Assembly (NCBI GenBank): GCA_048128005.1
Contig: JBEUKZ010000030.1
Span: 1-64,000, forward strand
DNA from: Veleropilina oligotropha
Lineage: Eukaryota
DNA length: 64,000 nucleotides
Reading direction: 5' to 3'
Position 1 is the first letter of the stretch. Each line of letters begins with the position of its first letter. This document shows, piece after piece, positions 27,930 through 40,760 of this stretch. Both the position numbers and the translations under genes were made by a program. The notes below the pieces were generated by a model. It saw only the letters and a program-made list of their open reading frames with translations. It did not search any database and was not told where the DNA came from.

Positions 27930-28474
27930 TTTTTGGCCCGCCTGTTAGGCAGGGCTATAATCGTGGACTGGCGTCCGTCAGCGTCGGCGTCGGCATCCGC
28001 TGATCGTTTTCTGTCACATAGAAGCCGAACCTCTGGACGTACGCTTTTCATATTTGGTATACACCTTGTATTCCATCAGGCCTTGCCTAGTTCAAAGATG
28101 GGGTCACTGGGTCAAAGGTCAAGGTCATTTTCGTGTATTTCCGTTCTTGTCTTGGATGATTGCTTTCTGTCAAATAAAGACGAACAGCTGGATCTACGCT
28201 TTCATATTTGGTATGCACCTTTGTGTCACATAGAAGACGAACAGCTAGACCTACACCTTTCATATTTGGTATGCGCTTTGTGTGCCACCAGGCCTTGCCC
28301 AATTTCTAAGTTGGGGTCACTGGGTCAAAGAACAAGGTCATATGAACTATTGTAAAATATATACTTTATGACAGTTACTATGAAATTTATTATAGAGTTA
28401 TTGATTATTTAATCTTTATCGATGTATTAAATACAAAAAGGCGGGCCAGTATGACGAGCATACCAGCCTCTAGT
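27930..28474 (+). mobile_element. Second HINE-type element
   Basis: ttttggcccgcct ... aggcgggcc subterminal inverted repeat, gtcggc microsatellite, ggtcaaaggtcaaggtca motif, ctagt end. Confidence 0.7.
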
Positions 28475-30205
28475 CTAGCTTGCTATCAAATCGAAAGATG
28501 TCCACTAACTCACAAGCGAAGTGTATTTTCAACCGTATTTACCCAACGCTCTATCTTCATTGATTTGCAACATCATATTAAAATGCATTTAAATACAATA
28601 AATTAATGGAAATAGAGGAGTACATGTATTCTTACCTGTGCTTGTCTTCCTTCAAGAAGTCGGAATATCGTATGATGGTGTACAATACCAACTTCTTTGA
28701 TTTTCAGAACTCCGTGACGCATTTGGAATCCCGTATAAACGTAAAGGGTCCGACAAAAGCCACCAGAGTATTTGAATATGCAGGAAGTAACACGGTTTAT
28801 TTATGGTTATATCAGATCCATCAAATGTGTTGACAACATCTTCCTGGGCGGTGCACAGGCAGGAACCGATAGACCAACCTGAAAAGAGTGAATATGATTT
28901 ATTTTGTTCATAATACAAGTTTATATCAGGATATCTCCATAATTATTATCGCGAGAGGAAAGCCCGGTCGCCTGAGAAAATCCACACGCACCTGGCAGTT
29001 ATGGACAAATGAAGCAAAGTGCCCAGTCGAAGATTCGAACCCACTTAATTATAGCAGTCATACCAGTGAATTGTGGACGAGATCGTATCCACTGCATTTA
29101 AGGATCGCCTATAATGACCATGATGATGAAATTGTGTGTGTATGATGTCGGTGTAGATTAAACAATAGATATGGAATTCATTGCGAACGCATATGTTCTA
29201 GAAAATAAGTCGCATACATATGAGTCCCTTAGGTAGAGCAGCATATAGTTGTTAGTAGGATACCAGAATGTCAACAAAGATTGTCTTCAAGGAACGCATT
29301 TATCATCTATAAGACTATTACCTACAGGTTATTTATTCCAATTTTTTTCGCATTGGGTATATTGTAGGACAAAATGAAGACATCGTAGGAATGAACTTGG
29401 TAGCCGATTGATCGATTATCAAATACGGCAATTGGGTATTAATGTTTAAGTGTATTTCATGTATACTATCGTTAATGATAAATCTTGTAAATAGACGATT
29501 TTAATTTCTTATAAAGCGTACAAACCATCTCTAGTCATGAATACAACATACCATGTAAATCATATTATCGACTGCTTAGTCGTAAAGGGGTGTAACTCGA
29601 ATTTTGCCCCAAAATGACTTTTTTAATTTTTCTGTTTCAAAAGCCAATCCGTATCTTTTCATAATAAAATTAAAGCTATATCATGCTTAAAAGCTAGAGG
29701 GACGTATGGGCATTTGGTTAGTGTAAAGGGGTGCGATTTGAGATACGTCCATATACTTCTGACATTACTTGGACGTAAACAGATGTAATTGAAGTTGCAC
29801 CCCTTTACGTGTTCATTTTTGTGTTAAAATATTAACCCGTTAGGTGTGATGGGGTGTATGTATAATTACAAGTGCCAATGTATAGAGTGGGAGCCCAGAG
29901 CAGTTATTCAACCGAAAAGGGCCACAAGGTTTGACACCATTTTTTGATGGATCCATCATCCACGTTCAAAACAAATGTTTTGCTGCCAAGTTTTGGCTGT
30001 GGCTTTATACGCAAAATCCCCCCAAAATATGGCATTTATTTAACCGAGAGCGCCAAGGCTAAAACTACATTATATGTTGCCTTGGGGAACCCCCAGTGTG
30101 AAATGACCAATGCCAGTAATTTTAAGTGTGGCTTTCCCCCCGCCAGCAACCCCCCCCCCCCTCAACACACTGTATGATAGTAATAATATTGGCATTTATA
30201 GCAAG

Positions 30206-30867
30206 TCCAGTTAGACTCCTTCAAAACACAAATCCTTTAAGACGTCTAGTCAACATTTCTGGATAATAAAAATAAATTTAGGCGGTAGTAATTTTTTAAT
30301 TTGCATATTTTCAAGATGGCTGCCAACCGTATCCTCCGATAACAAAGAGTAGCATATCTTAGAAACTTATTGGTCGAATTTCATGATTTTACTTTTGAAT
30401 TAAAAGCTTTATGTGATGCAGAATCAATTTCTCAGGTGACTACAGCAAATCGATAACAAGGTCGCATGGTATGGTCAGGGTCGAGGTCTTTTTTGTCTAA
30501 AATCCGATAAAATGGCATACATGTATCTCTGCTGGTAATTGGTAGGTTTGATGATTTTGCTATCGAATTATAAGTGTTCTGGGATGCCAAGCGACTTTCT
30601 GAGGTGACTGAAGCAAATCGGGGCTAAGGTCACATGATATGGTCAAGGTCATTTTGGGTCCAAAATCCGATAAAATGGAATATCTCGGCTAGTAATTGGT
30701 AGATTTTCATGATTTTGCTAGGAAATTTATAAGTTTTCTGGAAACCGAGTGAATTTCTGAGATGACTGAAGCATATCGCGCCATTTTATCGGATTTTGGA
30801 CCAAAAATGACCCTGACCATACGATGTGACCTTGACCCAGATTTGCTTCAGTCACCTCTGAAAATGA
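30206..30867 (+). mobile_element. Long terminal inverted repeat region of an Academ-like DNA transposon
   Basis: tccagttagactccttcaaaacacaa... is the reverse complement of 48100-48743; internal ~120-bp repeats; duplicated at 44056-44717. Confidence 0.55.
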
Positions 30868-31135
30868 GCCGTCGTGGCTCGGTGGGTTGTTCACAGGATT
30901 CTGGTGGCAGAGTCCCGCATTCGCCGTCGGTCTTGGCGACTTCCATTGGACAAGGAAGTAAGCATATATCGTAACGCTCACTAGTGACAGCTTGGCTGTA
31001 ATACTCTCAAAGAGAGCGGAGATGAATTCATGATCAGAACAGGCCGATAAAAACCAGGGATAATAATGTCTGCGCTTAGGGCTTGTTTATAATGGAATAC
31101 AGCGCATTATAAATTGACTATTATTATTATTATTA
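30868..31135 (+). mobile_element. tRNA-derived SINE family 1 (duplicated at 44718-44945)
   Basis: gccgtcgtggctcggtgggttgttcacagg head and (tta)n tail. Confidence 0.75.
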
Positions 31136-31391
31136 ATTAGTGTTAAAATGACCAATCTCTGTAATTTATTCACCAATTCTGATGACGATCATTGTACCAA
31201 ACGGTAAATGTAGGATAAACCGATATCCGAGCCAAGGAATGGAAATAAAATATTGGCATTTATTTAAAGAGATGCCACCAAGCCTAAAAAGCGCACTACA
31301 TGTTGTCTTATGGTACCCCATTATGAAATTACCAATTCCATTAATTTTATGTGGTTTTCCCCCTGCCAGTGCCCCCCAGGACTAGTGTTAA

Positions 31392-31975
31392 TATTGCTAG
31401 ATTCACCACTGTCTGTGCATGTCTGGTCCATATGGTCTCCACTATACTATCTGTCGGATGAGGTGAGAGTCTGTTTGAAACATAACTTCCTTCGTACCAT
31501 TCAAGCATCAAGCAAGTTTGCAACACTTTCCACCCATAGTCAGTTGGATTATCCTCACCAGTTGAATCTGCCTTGTCAGCCCTCTACCAAAGCGTCGCCA
31601 TGTACTGAGCACGTTTGGTGTGTTTTTCCAGTGTATTAGTACATGGTGTAAGAGACACACAGTCGACTTTCTTCATTCTGGCTAAGGGCTCCTTCTCGTC
31701 GCCACCACTGATTCGCATGAAGATATCCCATATAACGTCGCTCATTGATGTTGAATGTCTTGAAACAATACATAGAGCAGACGAAAACAGAGGGGACATC
31801 GACTTCATCAGAGGCAAGGGAACGTAATGCCTTTGCATGGATTACAATGGATTAGTTTCCAAACGTTCCAAAGGCTTGACCTTGCCCTTCGGAAGAAACA
31901 CGATGTGAAGTCACATCCTGTCAAGGCATGCAGACGAATTAATGCTTCAATAAATCCATGCTGTTTACCCCCATA
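31392..31975 (-). pseudogene. Academ-type transposase fragment (XPG-like HALTGCD motif)
   Basis: EALIRLHALTGCDFTSCFFR on the minus strand; frameshifted. Confidence 0.6.
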
Positions 31976-32075
31976 ATTGTTGTTGTTTAATTCGATTTTA
32001 ACGAGGTCTTCCACGTTTTCCGTGATTTAAACCTCTTGTCTTTGTAGTTGTCGTTCTTCTTTGTATTTGTTTTCC

Positions 32076-32306
32076 GCCATGGATGTCGTATATGTCTCAC
32101 ACGTTCCCAAGGCCTTCCCGTAAAACGTCATCCGCCACGCCGCCACCCACACCGAGCACGCCAAGAGGAAGACCGCCACGGACGCCGTCCACGCACCGAA
32201 GACACAAGGCCGAACCCCACACGGACCCGGCGGCCAGACACACCGTCCGTCCAGCATCCAACGGCCCCTTTCACCAACGCACCGATTCAGGGCCACCAAA
32301 AAAAAA
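32076..32306 (+). pseudogene. H4: Histone H4 processed fragment, T>C hypermutated
   Basis: 32076-32093 encodes AMDVVY. 32103-32237 translates [44 protein letters not shown] versus H4 [46 protein letters not shown]. Followed by histone stem-loop remnants (ggcccctttca..ttcagggccacc) and an A-run. Confidence 0.92.
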
Positions 32307-32835
32307 CTGTAAAAATAATAGAAAAGAAATTTAGTAGTTACTGCATTTATTTAGTGATACAGTTGACAGACATTAACATTAATCATCATCGATCGTACTG
32401 CCGTAACTTGTAAGTTATAGCGGTTATATTACTAGTAATAAAAAAAAGTTATATATTTATATATATATATATATTGAATATATCAATATATTGCGTCTAC
32501 ATAACATTTCAACATTTAGTTAATCAATATGCTATGTAGTTGAAAAAAGGCTGTAATCGAGAGAAAAAATTAAAATGTAATAGCCTGAATTAAAGTTCCG
32601 AAATGTTGAAAAATAAGTTAATTAAGTTGGAGGATGAGTGCGTGATGTGTAGTGTATTGCAGTGGATGTATTTTATTTGCTGTTTCGGCATTTTAATTGA
32701 TATTTGAGAAAATAAAAGAAAGCAGTAACAAGGCATACTCCATCCTCCATGAGTATGCCTGGTGTCGTGTGTTGGGTATGAGTTATGTATAGTGTAGTGC
32801 AAGAGGTGTTTGTATTTTATTTGCTTTTGTTTCTG

Positions 32836-33605
32836 CACACTCCCCTATTTTCCGTAACCAAATCTCCACGTACATCAAGGTGACGTCGGAAGCTATCAGC
32901 TACTGCCCCCCAGAGCCTATCCCCACCATGAGTGTGTCTGAAACATTTTAGTTGTAGATTTGTCTGCACACTCCCCTATTTACCGTAACCAAATCTCCAC
33001 GTACATCAAGGTGACGTCGGAAGGTATCAGCTACTGCCCCCAGAGCCTATCCCCACCATGAGTGTGTCAGACGTTTATATGAATTTGTCTCTGTACACTC
33101 CCCTATTTACGTAAGGTCCCGTCGCTGGCATCGGAGATGTCGCTAAGGTAACGCCTACAGCCCCGAGTCTAAAGCAACAGGGCCTACCTCTTTACCATGA
33201 GTGTATCTGAGACTTTTATTTGTTATCGCTTATGCACATTACTCCTATTTGTGTAATGCACCTTCGCTAACATCCCTGATGCTGCTTGGATAGCGATTAC
33301 TGTCCCGAGTCTAATGCAGCAGGGCCGCTTTCATTAATTATGAATGTGCTAAGCCTATAAAATTATAAAAAAGAAAAGAAAAAAAAGATAAATAACAAAA
33401 AAGGGTAAGAGAATAGATTGTAGAGGGGGGAAGTGTGAATCGTCGCATAATCGTTCCTCCATGATTATGTACGTTTCGTGTAGGTGGGGTGGATGCGTTG
33501 TTGTATTTTATTTGCTTTCGTTTCGGCACACTCCCCTATTAACGCCGGGTCCCGTCGCTGGCATCGTGGATGTCGCTAAGGTAACGCCTGCTGCCCCGAG
33601 TCTAA
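32836..33605. repeat. ~115-130 bp tandem repeat array of the passenger segment (copies at 41080-41420 and 45865-46205, inverted)
   Basis: cacactcccctattt..gctactgcccc..ccatgagtgt units. Confidence 0.85.
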
Positions 33606-34534
33606 TGCTGCATTCGAAACTGCTCGTGTTTACGACTAGTACAAGTTGACAAGTCGTGTTCACGACATGTGAGTGTTCGGAACAGACGTGAAAATAAATA
33701 CGGACGACGTACATTTGTGTAGTATACAGGACGCGAAAGTCTCCTTTTGCGTATATTATATGAATAAACCTACATATTTTATTTATTTATTTATTATATA
33801 AAAATAAAATTCAAAATAAAACGGGGCGTCGTACATTTGCAGCGACTCAACTGTTGCAATCATGTGACATGTTATTTCTATTCAAATGCAGGAAAGATAT
33901 TTCCTAGAAATACATACCGGTACACACACTATACAAGATATTTGGTGCTCTTTCGGTACTTCCCCACAGATCCGGCTTTTATACATATTTAAGGAGCTCC
34001 GGCTTGTATTAAATTTTCACACTTCGCGTATTATCGGCCTTGTCAATTTCCAAATAAAATACAATGTTGCGCTGTATGGCATTAGGGTTAGGTAAGCAGG
34101 GTTCGCTAATCGTTGAAAATATAGAATTGAATTAGGGTTAGGTAAGCAGGGTTCGCTAATCGTTGAAAATATAGAATTGAATATTGTTTTTATTCATAAT
34201 ATGAATGAAAACGTACTGGTAGCATTCGATGTAAAGGAGATGAATTACCGGATTTCCAAAGTTGAGAAAAAGCCGGAGCTGTGGGGAAGTACCGAAAAAG
34301 CGCCAGATATTTATATCATAACGTAACATCTTTCGCATTATATATCTCTCATATTTACATCGACAAGCTGTTTGATTATGCTATTTTAAGGTCAAGGTCG
34401 CCTTCTCACCATTCTCGGGCTCTTAAATTAATAACGAGTCACGACTTGTGAACACGACTAGAAAACGGTTCCAAACGCAATATACATGTCGTAAGTCGTA
34501 TTTACCGTAAACACGAGCGGTTTCGAATGCAGCA
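33606..34534. mobile_element. PIF/Harbinger-like MITE
   Basis: TIRs tgctgcattcgaaactgctcgtgtttacg / cgtaaacacgagcggtttcgaatgcagca; TAA target duplication. The interrupted repeat unit (gagtctaaagcaaca) is restored on removal. Confidence 0.85.
33943..34305. mobile_element. Nested TIR element with 6-bp TSD
   Basis: ~38-bp TIRs tggtgctctttcggtacttccccacag / ctgtggggaagtaccgaaaaagcgcca; GATATT on both sides; internal 50-bp tandem duplication containing ttagggttagg. Confidence 0.8.
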
Positions 34535-34699
34535 TAAAGCAACAGAGCCTATTTCTTTGCAAATGAGTGCGCACGAGACATTGGGGTGGAATATTTACAG
34601 AAACATGTGCTGAAGAGAATAGTATTAGAACTGCGTTTGTATGTGTGTGTACATGATGGGCCGAGAAAAGAAAAGTTATAGATTGTGTGAAGGCATTTT

Positions 34700-37136
34700 T
34701 TTTTTTTGGTATTTCTTGATATTTTATTTTTTTGGTTTTTCTATTTTCTATATCTTGTTAATGTAGCCAGTTTTGATGAGCCTCGGAATGGCAAAAAAGC
34801 TGGTATGGTATGTAGATGTTGTCGAGATATAGTTTGTTTTTACGCGGACGAGTTGCCGCCTTTAGACAAACCGCGCGCGGTTGTATGTCTAGAATCATAC
34901 CAACTCGTTGTCTAACTAGTTAGAATTTTTTTGTTGGTGTTGGTTTGAGGTAGTTTTGCTTACTGACCTCCCTCTATTCCTCTCCTTATATTATTATGAG
35001 CCTGCTTTTGCCAGTTTATTGCCTAGTGGTGGCGCACTTATCTATATTTTGTTTATGTAACCGGTGTCTTTGATATATTTAGCTAATGCCCTATATGTGT
35101 AGGTAGCTACTGGTTCTGGTGGTGCTAGAAGTGTTTTTTTGTTAATTTCGAGTATATTAGCTGTTTTTAACGTATCTTTAAGCTTTTGTCTTTCATTTAT
35201 ATGTGCGGGACATTCTAACAGGTAATGATCGACTGTTTCTGGAAAGTCGCAATGGGGACATTTTGGCGATTCACAAGATTTAATTCTGTATCTATGAGCT
35301 AGTAGACCTGAATGCCCGAGTCGGAGGCGCGTTATTGTTTTGCTTTCAAGTTTACTAGTTTGCATCTTAATTGGTTTGCCTATTTTATTTTTAAGTTGAA
35401 AAAGATGTCTGCCTTTATAATGGTGATTCCAACGATCTTGCCACTCATTGTTAATGTGAGTTCTGACTATGCTTTTGACTTCGTTGTGGCTAAGCGGGAT
35501 ATTATTTAGAGTGTAATCTGGGTTTGTCATTCCCTTTTTTGCTGCTGTGTCTGCCATTTCATTGCCTAAAATGCCTACGTGGGCTGGGATCCATTCAAGA
35601 TTTATATCTATTCCTTTATCAAAAAGGGAATCATTTAATGATTTGATTTTATTGATTAGATCTGGTCTTGTTGAACTTTTTGAGGATTGTAGAGACTGAA
35701 GTCCACTTAGGGAGTCTGACAGAATTACAACTTTAGTTGGTTCAATTATGTGGATTATTTCCAATGCTTTTTCAATAGCTACCAGTTCTGTGCTATACAC
35801 AGATAAGTTGTTTGATAGTTTGAATGATTTATTTACTTTTAACTCTGGGATTACCACTGCTGCGGATGTTTGTGACGTTTCTGGGTCCTTTACCCGTCTG
35901 TAAAAACTTTTAAATATCCCTTCCATTTTTCATCTATGAAAGTTTGAGTCGTGGCTTTTATGTTTAGAACTGGCTCATCCTTCTTTATCATGTGACTAAG
36001 TTGTATTGATGATTTAACAGGGTTATGTTGCCAAGGCGGTTTATCTGCAGGTCCGGTTTGAGCAATATTTAATTTATCGAGTTTTAGTTCTTGATTGTAT
36101 CTTCGTATGATCAATCCGTACGGTGGTCGATCTACGTACCGTTTATTGTATTCTATTTTTTGGTTTTCGTTCATTCTGTCTTCTAGTGTTTTAACATTTT
36201 TATTCGAGTTCCATATCGCGCTATCGTCTGCAAACAATGATGATTTTGTCGTTTTGTTTTCTATCAGAGTTTTATCTAAGTCATTAATCATTATGTTGAA
36301 AAGAGTTGGACTGATTACACTACCTTGTGGCGTACCGTTTTCTAGATCGTAATCTTCCGATCTTGAGTTTTCGACTCTTACATTTATTTTCCTCTCTTCC
36401 AAAAAATTACCTATCCAATTTATCATCCTGCCTGTAATACCTAAGTTTTTAATTTTTTCTTTGAGCACTTCATGCCAAATCATGTCGTATGCTTTTTCGA
36501 AATCAATGAAGACTGCTAGTGTTTTTCTATTTTGGATGAATCATTTTCTAATGTCATTTTCCAGTCTTACCAATTGATCTGTTGTCTGTCTATTTTTCCT
36601 AAAACCGCTTTGGTTCGGGTTAATTAAATTGTTTTTCTCTAGATGATATACTATTCTTTTGTTAATAATGATTTCTAGTGTTTTGCATAGGTTAGATGTT
36701 AATGATATCGGCCTATATGATTTTGGATCATTTGGGTCTTTGTTTGGTTTCAATATGGGAATGATTTCGGCCCGTTTCCATGGTTTCGGGAGATCTCCCT
36801 TTTCCCAAGTGGCGTTAAAAAGAAGTAGAATTAATTCTAACGTATTTACGGGCATGTGTTTGAACATTTCGTAGCTAACCTTATCCTGCCCGGTTGACGT
36901 TCCCTTTTTATGGGCGAATGCTTCTGTTAGCTCTATCATTGAAAATGGGTAATTTAGGTTTCTCGCTCGTCTTTTTGGTCTAAAAATTGACGGTTGTAGT
37001 TACGGGTGCTGCTAACTTGCGCGTAACTTTTGGCTAGCATTTCTGCTTTCTGTTTATTACTTTTTGCTAGTATGGTTTGGCCTAGTGTTGGGATTCGGTG
37101 TCTTGTTTTCTTCCCATTAATTTTATGAATTTTGCT
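34700..37136 (-). mobile_element. I-group (Nimb-like) LINE copy 1: RT, RNase H, CCHC; 5'-truncated, internally deleted
   Basis: YRPISLTS, GTPQGSVISP, LFADD, RNase H (SDSLS, WIPAHVGILGNEMAD), CPHC..HYLLEC; deletion joining MNEN to QKIEY. Confidence 0.92.
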
Positions 37137-40100
37137 CCAAACTTTTCAGCGCGAAACCGCCTTCCGCAATGAACCGAAAGCATTAAACGACCCGACAAAT
37201 CCCCTAAATTACTCATTTTCAATGATAGAGCTAACAGAAGCATTCGCCCATAAAAAGGGAACGTCAACCGGGCAGGATAAGGTTAGCTACGAAATGTTCA
37301 AACACATGCCCGTAAATACGTTAGAATTAATTCCACTTCTTTTTAACGCCACTTGGGAAAAGGGAGAACTCCCGAAACCATGGAAACGGGCCGAAATCAT
37401 TCCCATATTGAAACCAAACAAAGACCCAAATGATCAAAAATCATATAGGCCGATATCATTAACATCTAACCTATGCAAAACACTAGAAATCATGATTAAC
37501 AAAAGAATAGTATATCATCTAGAGAAAAAACAATTTAATTAACCCGAACCAAAGCGGTTTTAGGAAAAATAGACAGACAACAGATCAATTGGTAAGACTG
37601 GAAAATGACATCAGAAAATGATTCATCCAAAACAGAAAAACACTAGCAGTCTTCCATAGATTTCGAAAAAGCATACGACATGATTTGGCATGAAGGGCTC
37701 AAGGAAAAAATTAAAAACTTAGGTATTACAGGCAGGATGCTAAATTGGATAGGTAATTTTTTGGAAGATAGGAAAATAAATGTAAGAGTCGAAAACTCAA
37801 GATCGGAAGATTACGATCTAGAAAACGGTACGCCACAAGGTAGTGTAATCAGTCCAACTCTTTTCAACATAATGATTAATGACTTAGATAAAACTCTGAT
37901 AGAAAACAAAACGACAAAATCATCATTGTTTGCAGACGATAGCGCGATATGGAACTCGAATAAAAATGTTAAAAAACTAGAAGACAAAATGAACGAAAAC
38001 CTTAAACTAATTCATAAATGGTCAAACGAATGGGGATTTAAAATATCCGAATCAAAAACGGTAGGAGTACTCTTTTCTAAAGGTAGACAGTACATTAAAC
38101 CTACATTAATACTGAATAACAAGCAATTGAAAATTGAAGACAGAGCTACATTCCTAGGAATGACATTTGATCGTAAATTAACTTGGCATGCCCACATTAA
38201 CCAACTCATCAATAATTGCAATAAAATGCTCAACCTCATGAGATGCGTCTCTGGTAACGACTGGGGAGCAGATAGACAAACTTTATCACTTCTATATAAA
38301 GCCTTAATTATGTCAAGAATAGACTACGGCTGTCAGGCATACGGTTCAGCCAAACCACATCTTTTAAAGAAAATAGAGAAAATTCAAAACCAAGCCTTAA
38401 GAATAATTACAGGAGCATTTAAATCAACTCCAATAGCCAGTCTTGAAGTAGAAGCAAATATCAAACCCCTGGAACTACGTAGGAAAGAAATGACGCTTAA
38501 CTACTGGGCCAAAACCAAATCTCAAGTAGAAACCAATCCCGCGGCTAAATTAGACACTAACTGCAATGCATTCCAAAAAATAGAATACAATAAACGGTAC
38601 GTAGATCGACCACCGTACGGATTGATAACACGAAGATACAATCAAGAACTAAAACTCGATAAATTAAATATTGCTCAAAACAGACCTGCAGATAAACCGC
38701 CTTGGCAACATAACCCTGTTAAATCATCAATACAACTTAGTCACATGATAAAGAAGGACGAGCCAGTTCTAAATATAAAAGCCACGACTCAAGCTTTCAT
38801 AGATGAAAAATGGAATGGATATTTAAAAGTGTTTACAGACGGGTCAAAGGACCCAGAAACGTCCCAAACATCCGCAGCAGTGGTAATCCCAGAGTTAAAA
38901 GTAAATAAATCATTCAAACTATCAAACAACTTATCTGTGTATAGCACATAACTGGTAGCTATTGAAAAAGCATTGGAAATAATCCACATAATTGAACCAA
39001 CAAAAGTTGTAATTCTGTCAGACTCCCTGAGTGGACTTCAGTCTCTACAACCCTCAAAAAGTTCAACAAGACCAGATCTAATCAATAAAATCAAATCATT
39101 AAATGATTCCCTTTTTGATAAAGGAATAGATATAAATCTTGAATGGATCCCAGCCCACGTAGGCATTTTAGGCAATGAAATGGCAGACACAGCAGCAAAA
39201 AAGGGAATGACAAACCCAGATTACGTATAGGTTAACCAACATGGGACTGTTGATTCTTGAAAAATAATGCACGAGGGCCGACAGGCCCGAGTGCATTAAT
39301 TTTCAAGAATCAACAGTCCCAAATTGGTTAACTTATTTAATCCATTTTGACAATATTAGCTATTTGTTGTATTTTAAACATTATTATATACATGAAATCG
39401 CCAATTTAAAAACAATACGATAGAAATTTTGTACGAATTGGGGTTTACTCTCCCAAAACTCCTGTCGGATCCCATTCCTAATTAGTTGAAGGCGCCGCTT
39501 AATCATGGTTATGAATAGACGTTTAATGTGCTCGTTAAGTGCAATTATACCGGCATGCACGGCGAAATATTTTTGCGTCACGATGTTGTACATTTCAAAG
39601 CACGCTACACTTGGCTTCAGAATTTTGACCAGAGCACACGTGGGATTTACCTCTGCAGAGAGCATCAGGTATAGTATAATATTGCAAATATATGTTGTAT
39701 TTTAACGACATTTCTGTGATATAATATTTAAATAGCTCTCGGTGTTCGTTTCAAAGTAAAGCAATGGAACATCGTTCATATGAACAACAGCATTATATGG
39801 AGTATTGCCAGATTCTTCTGAACGTTAAACGTGTATTACATTTTCTTCATTTGGGTAACGAATTTAATGTGCTTGAAGTTTGTTGTCAGTGCAAAAATGT
39901 TGTCTACGCGTTAAAATAATTAATATTTTCTTTTCAGTGTCCAAGTGTACTAGAATGGACTCGTCCGCAGATAAATTTACCTCTTTGGATTATATACTGC
40001 GTTAAACATGCTTTCCTCATTTTCTGGAATGGAATCGTCCATAGCATGGAATTAATGCACATAACGCTTGTTTAATTGGTCTTTCAAGCAGACACAATGA

Positions 40101-40760
40101 TTTTGTAGCAGTGGATTCGTGAAAAATAATCTACAGTTAATACAATGGAAAAGTAGGTCAAAATGGATTAAACTCTAAATAATATCCCGCTTAGCCACAA
40201 CGAAGTCAAAAGCATAGTCAGAACTCGCATTAACAATGAGTGGCAAGATCGCTGGAATCACCATGATAAAGGCAGACATCTTTTTCAACTTAAAAATAAA
40301 ATAGGCAAACCAATTAAGATGCAAACTAGTAAACTTGAAAGCAAAACAATAACGCGCCTCCGACTCGGGCATTCAGGTCTACTAGCTCATAGATACAGAA
40401 TTAGATCTTGTGAATCGCCAAAATGTCCCCATTGCGACTTTCCAGAAACAGTCGATCATTACCTGTTAGAATGTCCCGCACATATAAATGAAAGACAAAA
40501 GCTTAAAGATACGTTAAAAACAGCTAATATACTCGAAATTGACAAAAAAACACTTCTAGCACCACCAGAACCAGTAGCTACCTACACATATAGGGCATTA
40601 GCTAAATATATCAAAGACACCGGTTACATAAACAAAATATAGTTAAGTGCGCCATCACTAGGCAATAAACTGGCAAAAGCAGGATCTTAAAAATATAAGG
40701 AGAGGAATAGAGGGAGGTCATTAAGCAAAACTACCTCAAACCAACACCAACAAAAAATTA
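37137..40760 (+). mobile_element. I-group (Nimb-like) LINE copy 2, with stops/frameshifts and a 947-bp insertion
   Basis: Near-identical to copy 1; includes the WGAD and YKALIMSRIDYGCQAYGSA motifs; RNase H; A-rich tail near 40750. Confidence 0.93.
39225..40171 (+). mobile_element. Hairpin-ended, TSD-less non-autonomous element (Crypton-like)
   Basis: Palindrome at ~39231-39332 with cacgagggccgacaggcccgagtg centre; inner tttaatccatttt is inverted at the far end (aaaatggattaa). The empty site gattac|actcta is seen in LINE copy 1. Confidence 0.8.

Noticed and set aside
32103..32237. GC-biased gene conversion or a real H4 variant as the explanation
   Set aside because: gBGC would also give A>G on the same strand. 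The fragment has a stop, a deletion, helix-breaking prolines and no N-terminus.
32048..32413. Arg/Pro-rich ORFs suggesting a novel GC-rich gene
   Set aside because: Off-frame readings of the T-depleted H4 pseudogene.
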